In this document: positions 1 through 9,520 of the stretch, in pieces
Numbering within the stretch: position 1 is the first letter of the stretch
How the letters are laid out: each line of letters starts with the position of its first letter
DNA from: an uncultured Mollicutes bacterium
GTDB taxonomy: Bacteria > Bacillota_I > Bacilli_A > ML615J-28 > CAG-313
Length of the DNA stretch: 64,000 nucleotides
Direction: 5' to 3'
Assembly (NCBI GenBank): GCA_937875785.1
Contig: CALEGV010000048.1
Location: 10,593-74,592 of the forward strand
Translations under genes and position numbers: made by a program
Notes under the pieces: model-generated
Told to the model about the DNA's origin: nothing
Database searches by the model: none
What the model saw: only the letters and a program-made list of their open reading frames with translations

Positions 1-1163
1 GGAGTAGATTATATGCTTTAACGTCAAAGGTTGCAAAACCTGCGGTTTCTTTTGGTGCCAAGTATCGCATCATTGATTTCACTTTGTCAAACTGTGTGAA
101 TTCAAATATTGACACAGTCGGAGTACTTACACAATATCAACCATTAATCTTAAATGAGTATATTGGTAATGGGCAACCATGGGATTTAGATAGAACCTTT
201 GGAGGAGTCCATATTTTACCACCATATCAGGCAAAAAATGGAAGTGAATGGTATAAGGGAACCGCTAACGCCATTTATCAAAATATGAGTTTTATTGAAA
301 ATTATAATCCAGATCATGTTCTTATCTTGTCAGGTGATCATATTTATAAAATGGATTATAATAAAATGTTAAATGAACATATAAAAACAAATGCTGATTG
401 TACAATTGCGATATTAGAAGTTGCAATGGAAGATGCAAGTCGCTTTGGGATTATGAATACAGATGAAAACAATATTATTACAGAATTTGAAGAAAAACCT
501 GCTCATCCTAAAAGTAACAAAGCATCTATGGGAATTTACATTTTTAAAAAAGAGAAACTATTCAAATATTTAAGAGAAGATGCTCTAGATGCTAGTAGCC
601 AAAATGATTTCGGTAAAAATATTATCCCAACAATGTTAAAAAAAGGAGAAAAAATGATTGCTTATCCATTTAAAGGATATTGGAAGGATGTAGGTACAAT
701 CAAAAGTTTGTGGGAAGCCAATCAAGATTTGATTGGTAAAGAACCTGCTTTTGATATTTATAATCCTTTTTGGAAAATCCATTCTCGTAATATTGGTATT
801 GAACCTCAATATATTGATAAGGGAGCAAAAATTGAAAATTCATTGATTACATCTGGTGCTAAAATTTATGGAACGGTTATTAATAGCATAATAGGTTCAA
901 ATGTTGAAATAAGAAAAGGTGCTGTGGTTCAAGATAGTGTCATTTTTTCAGAAACTAAAATTTTAGAAAATGCTATAGTGAACTATAGTATTATTGATGA
1001 GAAGGTAAGAATTGGTGCGTATGCGACAATTGGTAAACCAAAAGCTGAACATATTGAAATAACTGTTATAGGTCGTGATGTCATTATTGATGAAGGCGTA
1101 GTTGTTGATGATGGATCTAATATTGAAGAAAATGTTCATAAAAAGGAAGGAATCGGTGAATAA
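1..1163 (+). CDS. glgC: Glucose-1-phosphate adenylyltransferase GlgC (5' end outside window)
   Basis: The frame is open from base 3 and reads ...[23 protein letters not shown]..., the GlgC N-terminal ADP-glucose pyrophosphorylase motif. A left-handed beta-helix hexapeptide region forms the C-terminus. A glgD paralog follows. Confidence 0.9.
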   Translation, partial: SRLYALTSKVAKPAVSFGAKYRIIDFTLSNCVNSNIDTVGVLTQYQPLILNEYIGNGQPWDLDRTFGGVHILPPYQAKNGSEWYKGTANAIYQNMSFIENYNPDHVLILSGDHIYKMDYNKMLNEHIKTNADCTIAILEVAMEDASRFGIMNTDENNIITEFEEKPAHPKSNKASMGIYIFKKEKLFKYLREDALDASSQNDFGKNIIPTMLKKGEKMIAYPFKGYWKDVGTIKSLWEANQDLIGKEPAFDIYNPFWKIHSRNIGIEPQYIDKGAKIENSLITSGAKIYGTVINSIIGSNVEIRKGAVVQDSVIFSETKILENAIVNYSIIDEKVRIGAYATIGKPKAEHIEITVIGRDVIIDEGVVVDDGSNIEENVHKKEGIGE

Positions 1164-1164
1164 T

Positions 1165-2280
1165 ATGAAGGCATTAGGTATTATTTTTTCAAATATTCAT
1201 AATGAAACAATAGATGAACTGACGCGCAAAAGAACTTCTGCATCCATTCCTTTTGGTGGAAGGTACCGTTTGATAGACTTTGCCTTATCCAACTTAGTAA
1301 GTGCGGACATTGTAAACGTAGGCATTCTTGCTCAAAAAAACTATCAATCATTAATGGATCATTTAGGGTCTGGAAAAGATTGGGATTTATCTAGAAGAAA
1401 TGGAGGATTAGTCATTTTTCCACCATATGGTAGTTATAAAAGTGATAATTTATATTCTAATCGGCTTGAAGCGCTAATTAGTATACGGGGTTATATTGAG
1501 AAGGCTAAAGAAGAACAAGTCGTTTTAATGGATTGTGATAGTGCGAATGTCATTGATTTAAATGAAGCCTTAGAAAAACATTTAGACAATAACGCGGATA
1601 TAACAATTATTTATCGTCATGGTAAATGTGAAACAGATATGGCCTCACATATGGACTTGGAAATGGATAAAACTGGTCGTGTGAAAAAAGCCGATTTAAA
1701 ATCTAAAGTAGGAAATATTACGAATTCGAGTATTAATGTTTGGATTATCAATCGGCGTTTATTACAAGGCTTATTAGATGATGCCGTATCACAAGGAATG
1801 GAGTCTTTTCATCGGGATATTCTTTTTGCCAATATTAAAAGTTTAAAAATATATGGATATGAGCACAAAGGAATTTATCTACATGTGAATTCAATGGAAA
1901 ATTATTTTAAATATAATATGGCTCTATTAGAAGAAAATGTACGTGAAGCATTATTTGGTAATAAAAATCATCGAATTTATACAAAGGTTCGTGATTCTGC
2001 ACCAACAAGATATGGATTTGAATCAAAAATAGAAAACAGTTTTATCGCAGATGGCTGCGAAATTGAAGGAACAGTTATCAATTGTGTCTTATTCAGAGGT
2101 GTTAAGATTGGAAGAGGTAGTATTGTTAAAAATTCCATTTTGATGCAAGACACAATTGTTGGTAATAATGTCAATATGAACTATGTTGTGACAGATAAAA
2201 ATGTTACAATTCGTAATCGAAATAAGTTGTCAGGATGTGAAAAGATACCATATTATCTTGGCAAAAATATAATGATATAG
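1165..2280 (+). CDS. glgD: Glucose-1-phosphate adenylyltransferase regulatory subunit GlgD
   Basis: GlgC paralog (MKALGIIFSN...PFGGRYRLIDFALSN) placed immediately after glgC as in the Firmicutes glgCDA arrangement. ATG 1165 sits behind an AAGGAAGG RBS; the track ORF begins upstream at 1102. Confidence 0.8.
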   Translation: MKALGIIFSNIHNETIDELTRKRTSASIPFGGRYRLIDFALSNLVSADIVNVGILAQKNYQSLMDHLGSGKDWDLSRRNGGLVIFPPYGSYKSDNLYSNRLEALISIRGYIEKAKEEQVVLMDCDSANVIDLNEALEKHLDNNADITIIYRHGKCETDMASHMDLEMDKTGRVKKADLKSKVGNITNSSINVWIINRRLLQGLLDDAVSQGMESFHRDILFANIKSLKIYGYEHKGIYLHVNSMENYFKYNMALLEENVREALFGNKNHRIYTKVRDSAPTRYGFESKIENSFIADGCEIEGTVINCVLFRGVKIGRGSIVKNSILMQDTIVGNNVNMNYVVTDKNVTIRNRNKLSGCEKIPYYLGKNIMI

Positions 2281-2329
2281 AAAAACTATAGATATAAAAT
2301 TCATTTTCGATAATAGGAGGGTAAAATTT

Positions 2330-3793
2330 ATGGATGAATTAAAAACAAAGAAAGTGTTTTTTGTTGCATCAGAAGCACAACCATTTTTTGCATCAGGTGG
2401 GTTAGGCGATGTTATTGGTTCATTACCAAAAAAGATTGCAAAGAATGCAAAAGATAAATTTGAAATTAGCGTAATCCTACCACTTTATTCTAAGATTAAC
2501 CAAGCATATCGCAATAAACTTGTATATGTTGGTCAAACAACAACAAAATTATCTTGGCGCAATCAATATTGTGGTATTTATAAATATGAGGATAAAGATA
2601 TAAAGTATTACTTTGTCGATAATGAATATTATTTTAAGAGAGATAATTTTTATGGTTATTTCGATGATGCGGAAAGATTTGCATTCTTTTGCAAAGCTGC
2701 CATTGATGTGATGATTTATATAAATGAAATACCTGATATTATTCATGCTCATGATTGGCAAACAGGTATGGTTTCAGTATATTTAAGAACATTATATTAT
2801 AATGACTCACGTTTTGCGAATGTGAAAACCATTTTTACGATTCACAATATTGAATATCAGGGAATTTATTGTCTAGATCAGGACATCATTGAAGATGTCT
2901 TTGGGTTATCAATGAATGATAGTTATTTGCTTGAATATCAAGGAAAAGCCAATATTATGAAGGGAGCAATGGAAGCATCTAATTTTGTTACAACTGTTAG
3001 TCCAACTTATGCGGAAGAAATCCTTGATCCAGCATATTCTCATGGATTAGAACATGAAACAAGGAGAATAAAAGAAGAAGGAAAACTATTAGGTATTTTA
3101 AATGGAATTGATAAGGTATTTTACAATCCTGCTAAAGATAAAGCTCTTTTTGAAAACTATGATCGTAAGGATTTCTCATTAAAAGCTAAAAATAAAGAAG
3201 AACTTCAAGCTATGTTAAATCTTCCTGTTGACGCAACTATACCTATGATTGGAATGGTTACACGATTAGTATCTCACAAAGGGTTAGATCTTGTTAAGGA
3301 AAAATTTGAGGAATTACTTCAAGAAAAAGTGCAAATTGTTGTTCTTGGAACAGGTGATTCATATTATGAGGGGTATTTTAAAGATTTAGAATATCGTTAT
3401 TCTAATAAACTTCGTGCAATTATTGCTTTTAATCAAGATTTGTCAAGAAAAATATATGCATCATCAGATATTTTCCTTATGCCTTCAAAATCAGAGCCTT
3501 GTGGATTATCACAAATGATCGCATCCCGCTATGGAGCTATTCCTGTTGTTAGAGAGACAGGTGGATTAAAAGATAGTATACATGATTTTGGCACAGCAGA
3601 TGGCAATGGATATACGTTTGCCAATATAGATGGAAACGATATGCTTGTTGCAATAAAGCATGCTCTTGCGGATTACAATAACTCTACACTTTGGAAAGAA
3701 CATATTTATACAGTAATGAATAAAGATTTTGGATGGAGCTCTTCAGCAAAACAATATGTGAAAATGTATGGACATATTTTAGGGGAAAAATAG
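2330..3793 (+). CDS. glgA: Glycogen synthase GlgA
   Basis: 487 aa. N-terminal KVFFVASEAQPFFASGGLGDV motif and a GT-B glycosyltransferase C-domain; AGGAGGG RBS. Confidence 0.9.
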   Translation: MDELKTKKVFFVASEAQPFFASGGLGDVIGSLPKKIAKNAKDKFEISVILPLYSKINQAYRNKLVYVGQTTTKLSWRNQYCGIYKYEDKDIKYYFVDNEYYFKRDNFYGYFDDAERFAFFCKAAIDVMIYINEIPDIIHAHDWQTGMVSVYLRTLYYNDSRFANVKTIFTIHNIEYQGIYCLDQDIIEDVFGLSMNDSYLLEYQGKANIMKGAMEASNFVTTVSPTYAEEILDPAYSHGLEHETRRIKEEGKLLGILNGIDKVFYNPAKDKALFENYDRKDFSLKAKNKEELQAMLNLPVDATIPMIGMVTRLVSHKGLDLVKEKFEELLQEKVQIVVLGTGDSYYEGYFKDLEYRYSNKLRAIIAFNQDLSRKIYASSDIFLMPSKSEPCGLSQMIASRYGAIPVVRETGGLKDSIHDFGTADGNGYTFANIDGNDMLVAIKHALADYNNSTLWKEHIYTVMNKDFGWSSSAKQYVKMYGHILGEK

Positions 3794-3813
3794 TTAAGAA
3801 AAAAGGTGAATTT

Positions 3814-6240
3814 ATGACTATGCAACAAGTTGAAATTGGCAAAACTAAAGCTAAATTAGAGGAGAAACTTGCTAGTTATTTCGGTGTTACTCCGAGTGAT
3901 GCAAGTATTGACCAAATGTATAAAGCGGTTAGTATGTCAGTTTTAGACATCCTTTTAGAGAAGAAGAAAGAATTCAACCGAAAAGTTAAGGTACAACAAT
4001 CAAAACGAGTGTATTATTTATGCATGGAGTTTTTAGTTGGAAGAAGTTTAAAAAATAATTTATACAATTTAGGAATCAATGAAACATATCAAAAAGTATT
4101 AGAATCCTATGGATTTGATTTGGAAGAACTATATGGACAAGAGAATGATGCAGGACTTGGCAATGGTGGATTAGGACGGCTTGCGGCATGTTTTATGGAT
4201 TCTTTAGCCTCTTTGGATTATCCCGCAACTGGTTTTTCCATTCGTTATGAATATGGTTTATTTAAACAAAAAATTGTGAATGGTTGGCAAACAGAAATGC
4301 CAGATATTTGGCTTCCTGGTGGAGAGGTTTGGTTAGTGCCTAGAAGCGATCGAGTTTTAAAGGTTCGTTTTGGTGGTTGGGTTTCCGAATATCAGGAAAA
4401 TGGGAAAATGAAAGTGGAATATCATGATTCAAAATTGATTGAAGCTATGCCATATGATATGCTGATTTCTGGTGGAAATAGTGATGCAGTATCTACTCTT
4501 CGTCTTTGGCGAGCAAGAAATGCAACTGAATTTGATATGAAATCTTTTTCACAAGGAGATTATCAAAAAGCTTTATTTGAAAATCAAGAAGCAGAATTAA
4601 TATCAAAAGTTTTATATCCATCAGATGATCATCGAGAAGGAAAAACGTTACGATTGAAACAACAATATTTTCTAGTTAGTGCTTCCATTCAAAATATTAT
4701 TTATGATCATATGAAACGCTATGGTGATTTACACACTTTACCAGATAAAGCGGCAATTCATATTAATGATACTCATCCAGCTATTTGTATTCCCGAGTTG
4801 ATGAGAATATTGATGGATGAAAATGGGTTTGGTTGGGATGAAGCATGGAAGGTTGTAACAAACACCGTCGCTTATACAAATCATACTGTAATGAGCGAAG
4901 CTTTAGAATCTTGGTCGGAAGATTTGATTGCGAGAACTGTTCCTAGAATTTACGCTATTATCAAAGAAATTAATCGTCGGTATACTGCTGATTTATGGAA
5001 TCTTTATCCAGGTGATTGGGACAAAATCAATCGTATGTCAGTTATTTCCTCTAATCATATCAAAATGGCAAATTTATGTGTAATTGCTAGTCATTCTGTA
5101 AATGGTGTATCGGCATTGCATAGTGATATTATCAAGAGAAGTTTATTTAATGATTATTATCGTTTGACGCCAGAGAAGTTTACAAATGTTACAAACGGCA
5201 TTGCACATAGAAGATGGTTATACCAATCCAATCCAAGACTTTCCAATTTATTAAATGAGTGTATTGGTGATAAATGGTATAAAGATGCGAGTAGATTATC
5301 CCAATTCAAAACATACTATGATGATGATAAAGTAATAGAAGAACTAGGTAGAATCAAACTATTAAATAAATGTGATTTTGCAAATGTTATCTATAAAAAA
5401 CAAGGGATTATCTTAGATCCAAAATCACGTTTTGATGTTCAAGTGAAACGACTTCATGAATATAAGAGACAGTTATTAAATGTTTTAAAGATAATTCATT
5501 TATACAATTTATTAAAGGAAAATCCAAATATGGAAATGACTCCACAAACCTTTATTTTTGGTGCCAAAGCTGCTCCAGGCTATTATTTTGCTAAAGAAAT
5601 TATTGAGTTAATCAATTATATTTCTAAAGATATTGATGCCAATCCTAAAATGAAAGAAAAATTAAATGTTGTATTTATTGAGGATTATTGTGTAACGCTT
5701 GCAGAACATTTGATGCCTGCATCAGAAATTAGTGAACAAATTTCTCTTGCTGGATATGAAGCAAGTGGAACGGGAAATATGAAATTTATGATTAATGGTG
5801 CAATTACTTTTGGTACGATGGATGGAGCCAATGTTGAAATATGTGATGCTGTTGGCGATGATAATATTTTCATTTTTGGTATGAGTGCTAAAGAAGTGGA
5901 TGAACTTTGGAAAGAAGGATATAATTCAACATATTTTTATAATAATAATAAAGTGTTAAGAGGAGTGATTGCAACTCTTAAAAAAGGGTTTGCTGGAAAA
6001 AGTTTTGAAAATATTGCTAACTATTTATTGACAAGTAATGGTGTTGCTGATCGCTATATGTGTTTAGGTGATTTTGATGATTATCTAAATAAACATAATT
6101 TAATGGATGAAACATATCATGATGTAAAGCGATTCAATCAAATGTCATTGGTAAATATATCTGAAGCTGGTAGATTTGCAGCTGATCGAAGTATCAAAGA
6201 ATATTGCGATAAAATTTGGCATTTAAAACAAGTTAAATAA
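3814..6240 (+). CDS. glgP: Glycogen/alpha-glucan phosphorylase GlgP
   Basis: About 808 aa with typical phosphorylase regions (GLGNGGLGRLAACF, TNHTV, pyridoxal-phosphate site EASGTGNMKFMINGA). ATG 3814 follows an AAAAGGTG RBS, 81 nt downstream of the 3733 track start. Confidence 0.9.
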   Translation: MTMQQVEIGKTKAKLEEKLASYFGVTPSDASIDQMYKAVSMSVLDILLEKKKEFNRKVKVQQSKRVYYLCMEFLVGRSLKNNLYNLGINETYQKVLESYGFDLEELYGQENDAGLGNGGLGRLAACFMDSLASLDYPATGFSIRYEYGLFKQKIVNGWQTEMPDIWLPGGEVWLVPRSDRVLKVRFGGWVSEYQENGKMKVEYHDSKLIEAMPYDMLISGGNSDAVSTLRLWRARNATEFDMKSFSQGDYQKALFENQEAELISKVLYPSDDHREGKTLRLKQQYFLVSASIQNIIYDHMKRYGDLHTLPDKAAIHINDTHPAICIPELMRILMDENGFGWDEAWKVVTNTVAYTNHTVMSEALESWSEDLIARTVPRIYAIIKEINRRYTADLWNLYPGDWDKINRMSVISSNHIKMANLCVIASHSVNGVSALHSDIIKRSLFNDYYRLTPEKFTNVTNGIAHRRWLYQSNPRLSNLLNECIGDKWYKDASRLSQFKTYYDDDKVIEELGRIKLLNKCDFANVIYKKQGIILDPKSRFDVQVKRLHEYKRQLLNVLKIIHLYNLLKENPNMEMTPQTFIFGAKAAPGYYFAKEIIELINYISKDIDANPKMKEKLNVVFIEDYCVTLAEHLMPASEISEQISLAGYEASGTGNMKFMINGAITFGTMDGANVEICDAVGDDNIFIFGMSAKEVDELWKEGYNSTYFYNNNKVLRGVIATLKKGFAGKSFENIANYLLTSNGVADRYMCLGDFDDYLNKHNLMDETYHDVKRFNQMSLVNISEAGRFAADRSIKEYCDKIWHLKQVK

Positions 6241-6333
6241 ATGCAAATTTATGTCGATTTTTCAAAAAATATTGTATAATAGCATAGATTGAAATAGAAA
6301 TAAATGAAATGCTTAATTTAAGTGGAGGAAAAT

Positions 6334-7314
6334 ATGGTGAATCAAGAAGAAAAAGCAATTCAAAAAATAGCTGTTTTAACATCAGGTGGTGATGCACCAG
6401 GAATGAATGCGGTTATTCGAGCAATTGTGCGTTCTGGAATTGAAGAGGGACTTGAAGTGTATGGAATTTATGATGGATATCGTGGACTAGTTGAAGGAAA
6501 AATCGAAAAAATGAATCGAAATGATGTCACGAATATCATTAATCGAGGCGGTACAATCCTTGGTTCAGCGAGACTTCCAGAATTTAGTAAAGATGAAGTT
6601 GCTCAAATTGCTGTTGACCAATTAAAAAATCGTGGCATTCAGGCGGTTATTACAATTGGTGGTGATGGAACTTATCGTGGAGCATTAAAACTTACAGGAA
6701 TGGGAATCAATTGCATTGGAGTTCCTGGAACGATTGATAATGATATTTCTTCAACTGAATTTACTATAGGTTTTGATACAGCAGTGAATACCGCTGTTGA
6801 TGCAATCGACAAATTAAGAGATACTTCCAATTCACACCAACGTTGTTCTATTGTTGAAGTAATGGGAAGATATTGTGGAGATATAGCTTATGCTGCTGCA
6901 GTTGCAACAGGTGCTGACTTAGTGATTACATCAGAAACTGGTTTTAGTCTTGAGGAAGTTATCAATACAGTAAAACGTTGCCAAAATCATAAAAGTAGAC
7001 ACGTTCTAATTGTAATTACCGAGCATATTACTGATGTAAGCGAACTCGCTAAGCAAGTGCAGGAGTATACTGGTTTTGATACAAGAGCAACTATTTTAGG
7101 ACATATTCAAAGAGGAGGAAGTCCTTCTCCGTTTGATAGAGTACTTGCAACTAGACTTGGTAATGCGGCAGTGGAAGAACTGATAAAAGGTGAAGGCGGA
7201 AGATGTATGGGAATCTTTAAAAATGAAGTTGTTGCAACTCCAATTGAGGAAGCTTTAAAAATGAAAAAACAAATGTTTAAAGGATATAAAGAATTAACGA
7301 AAAAAGTGTCATAA
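6334..7314 (+). CDS. pfkA: ATP-dependent 6-phosphofructokinase
   Basis: KIAVLTSGGDAPGMNA, GGDGT and MGR motifs. ATG 6334 follows GGAGGA; the track ORF starts with GTG at 6322. Confidence 0.9.
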   Translation: MVNQEEKAIQKIAVLTSGGDAPGMNAVIRAIVRSGIEEGLEVYGIYDGYRGLVEGKIEKMNRNDVTNIINRGGTILGSARLPEFSKDEVAQIAVDQLKNRGIQAVITIGGDGTYRGALKLTGMGINCIGVPGTIDNDISSTEFTIGFDTAVNTAVDAIDKLRDTSNSHQRCSIVEVMGRYCGDIAYAAAVATGADLVITSETGFSLEEVINTVKRCQNHKSRHVLIVITEHITDVSELAKQVQEYTGFDTRATILGHIQRGGSPSPFDRVLATRLGNAAVEELIKGEGGRCMGIFKNEVVATPIEEALKMKKQMFKGYKELTKKVS

Positions 7315-7348
7315 AACTGAATGATAAAGTTTATTTTTATAAAATAGT

Positions 7349-7384
7349 AAAAACTCTCCGAAGAGAGTTTTTATTTATTTTTTA
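7349..7384 (+). terminator. Rho-independent terminator after pfkA
   Basis: Hairpin AAACTCTC-cgaa-GAGAGTTT followed by a T-rich tail. Confidence 0.7.
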
Positions 7385-7455
7385 ACTACCATGTTTTGGC
7401 AAAATATTATCTTTCAAATTGGTATAATGTATAAAGCCAGTGGAGGATAATAAAA

Positions 7456-9417
7456 ATGAAAACAAAAATCGCGATAATTTTTCTTTTTATCACAAGTTTA
7501 TTTTTTCTTGTACAAAAGGCTAATGCATTAACTCCGGCCCATTTGTATATGGTTTTTGATAAAACTAGTTATGAAGTAGGTGAAGAAATTAATATCACCA
7601 TTAATCTTGACCAATTTATTGACTTGAATGAAGTAAAAATTCAAATAAAATTGAGAAAAGATGTATTTGAACCAATTCAAAAAGATGGGAAGTATTTTTA
7701 TTTTACAAATGCTTCTATTTTTCAAAGCGATGTAATCAATGATTTTGTTGATGATGCTTATTTGCGTTTGCGTCTAATAAAAAATGAAGCAATTGATAGT
7801 GGCTACTACTCTAGTTATAAGAACAATGTTTGTCATGTAAGACTTCTTGCAAAACAATCCATTTCCAATATTTATGACTATTTTACATTGGAAAATTATC
7901 AACAAATGGGGATCAGTGTATATTTATTTAATACAAAAGATGAAATTATTTCCTTTGATATAAATTATAATGAAAGAATGGTTGTTAGATGGCCAAATGA
8001 AAAATATACCGTTGAAGTTTATAGTGAGATGCCTAATTTTAAAGAAGATATTACTGTTATCAATCGGGATAAATCAGAGTATGAATATTTGATTGAAAAA
8101 CAAGTGGATACATTGTTAATAGGCTTAAAAACTGTACATGTAGGAATTTATGATAAATCTACAGCTGATTATATGGTTTTTTCTAAAGCGGTTGAAATTG
8201 TTGACACGACAGCACCAGTTGTTGAAGTTCCTGAAGAAATCAAAATATATGACCATGAAATAAATCAACTGAACTTACTGAATTATATTCAAACATCTGA
8301 TAATTATGACACATATTTAACAAGTAGTTTTGAATATTTTCAAAGTGATTATCAAAAACTAGAGGGGAAGACCGCTTTTGAAGAATACTTAAAGCATTCT
8401 ATAGAAGGGTACTTTATATGTAGTGTTGAGGATACAAGTAAAAATGTAACAAGGACAGACTATATTAAAATAAAAGTTCAAGATACAACTGCGCCTATAA
8501 TTAATGAAGTATCAAAAATCACTATAAACGATAGTGAGGTAGATCATTTTTCTCTTCGGTCCTATTTTCAAATCAGTGATGGCTATGACAAGATTCCAGA
8601 GGTTGTTTTTGAATTTATTGATGTAGATATTATGGATGAACAAGTCTTAATTGAAAAATTATTGACTGGGCATAGAGTGGAGTTTAACTATTATGGAATA
8701 GATATTTCTATGAATAAAACGCCTATTTATAATTGTTATATTGAGGTAATTGATACAACACCACCCATTGTACAGGTAAGTGATTTATTTATTGAGGACG
8801 TGAAATTCAAATATGAATCTATTGATGAGTTGGTTAGGGTATCAGATAATTTTTATTATGCCTGTACATTGGAAAAAAAATATTTTATCAATCATGTTGT
8901 AGTAAGTATGGAAGAATTCCAAAAGATGATAGTGAGAGGACATAAAGGCGAAATAGTTTATCAGGCTATAGATAATTATCAAAATAAAAGTGAGATGGTT
9001 ACTCAAACTATTCAATTGATTGATACAACCAAGCCAGTTATCAAAATAAGTAATATTGAACCAAATAAAAAATATACTAAAATTGATAAATTAGATTACG
9101 AAATAGTAGATAATTTTGATGGTTGTACCCATATTATTTTTCTTGATAATCAAGAACTAGAAGAAAATAATTTTACACATCTGGAAGTTGGAAAGCATAC
9201 ATTAAAAATTGTTGCTACTGATATAAATAATAATATAACAGAATCAGAAATAGAATTTGAAATCATCGTTGATAATTTGATGGGTTGTAACGGAGATTTT
9301 GAATGTTATATTGATAATTATTTAGAGGTTTTTATTATTGTAATTACCTTAATCATTTTTGTTATCATTATTATTATTGTTAAATTCATCTTTTATAAGA
9401 AACGGAAAAAGGCTTAA
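7456..9417 (+). CDS. Cell-surface protein with N-terminal signal peptide, four tandem Ig-like (DUF5011-type) repeats and C-terminal TM anchor
   Basis: MKTKIAIIFLFITSLFFLVQKANA signal peptide. Repeated (V/I/Q)DTT(A/P/K)P(V/I) domain-start motifs occur about 90-95 aa apart, near aa 250, 346, 437 and 523. C-terminal hydrophobic segment followed by KKRKKA. Confidence 0.6.
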   Translation: MKTKIAIIFLFITSLFFLVQKANALTPAHLYMVFDKTSYEVGEEINITINLDQFIDLNEVKIQIKLRKDVFEPIQKDGKYFYFTNASIFQSDVINDFVDDAYLRLRLIKNEAIDSGYYSSYKNNVCHVRLLAKQSISNIYDYFTLENYQQMGISVYLFNTKDEIISFDINYNERMVVRWPNEKYTVEVYSEMPNFKEDITVINRDKSEYEYLIEKQVDTLLIGLKTVHVGIYDKSTADYMVFSKAVEIVDTTAPVVEVPEEIKIYDHEINQLNLLNYIQTSDNYDTYLTSSFEYFQSDYQKLEGKTAFEEYLKHSIEGYFICSVEDTSKNVTRTDYIKIKVQDTTAPIINEVSKITINDSEVDHFSLRSYFQISDGYDKIPEVVFEFIDVDIMDEQVLIEKLLTGHRVEFNYYGIDISMNKTPIYNCYIEVIDTTPPIVQVSDLFIEDVKFKYESIDELVRVSDNFYYACTLEKKYFINHVVVSMEEFQKMIVRGHKGEIVYQAIDNYQNKSEMVTQTIQLIDTTKPVIKISNIEPNKKYTKIDKLDYEIVDNFDGCTHIIFLDNQELEENNFTHLEVGKHTLKIVATDINNNITESEIEFEIIVDNLMGCNGDFECYIDNYLEVFIIVITLIIFVIIIIIVKFIFYKKRKKA

Positions 9418-9520
9418 TGCATTTTGAAAAAAAACAAATTTTAACATATAATTCATTTTTCTTTAAAAAAAAATGTAATTGTGTTATAATACACAAAGTA
9501 TATCAATGGAGGGAAATCAT

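Noticed and set aside
1977-2174. Short antisense or alternate-frame ORFs from the track. Examples: 1977-2174(-), 2549-2761(-), 5685-5873(-), 7528-7725(-), 9417-9659(+), 9669-9878(+), 14969-15340(-), 15195-15534 (both strands), 26211-26487, 27022-27458, 29197-29394(-), 29708-29914(+), 31722-32885(-), 49778-50227(-), 59833-60322(-), among others.
   Set aside because: All lie inside or antisense to long, well-supported genes with conserved motifs. They have low-complexity, AT-driven composition, no RBS and no recognisable domains.
9418-9520. T-box riboswitch upstream of metG, and similarly upstream of cysS at 15119-15145.
   Set aside because: The intergenic regions are about 100 nt and 27 nt, far too short for a T-box leader of about 250 nt. 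Only an extended -10 promoter (TGtTATAAT) is visible before metG.
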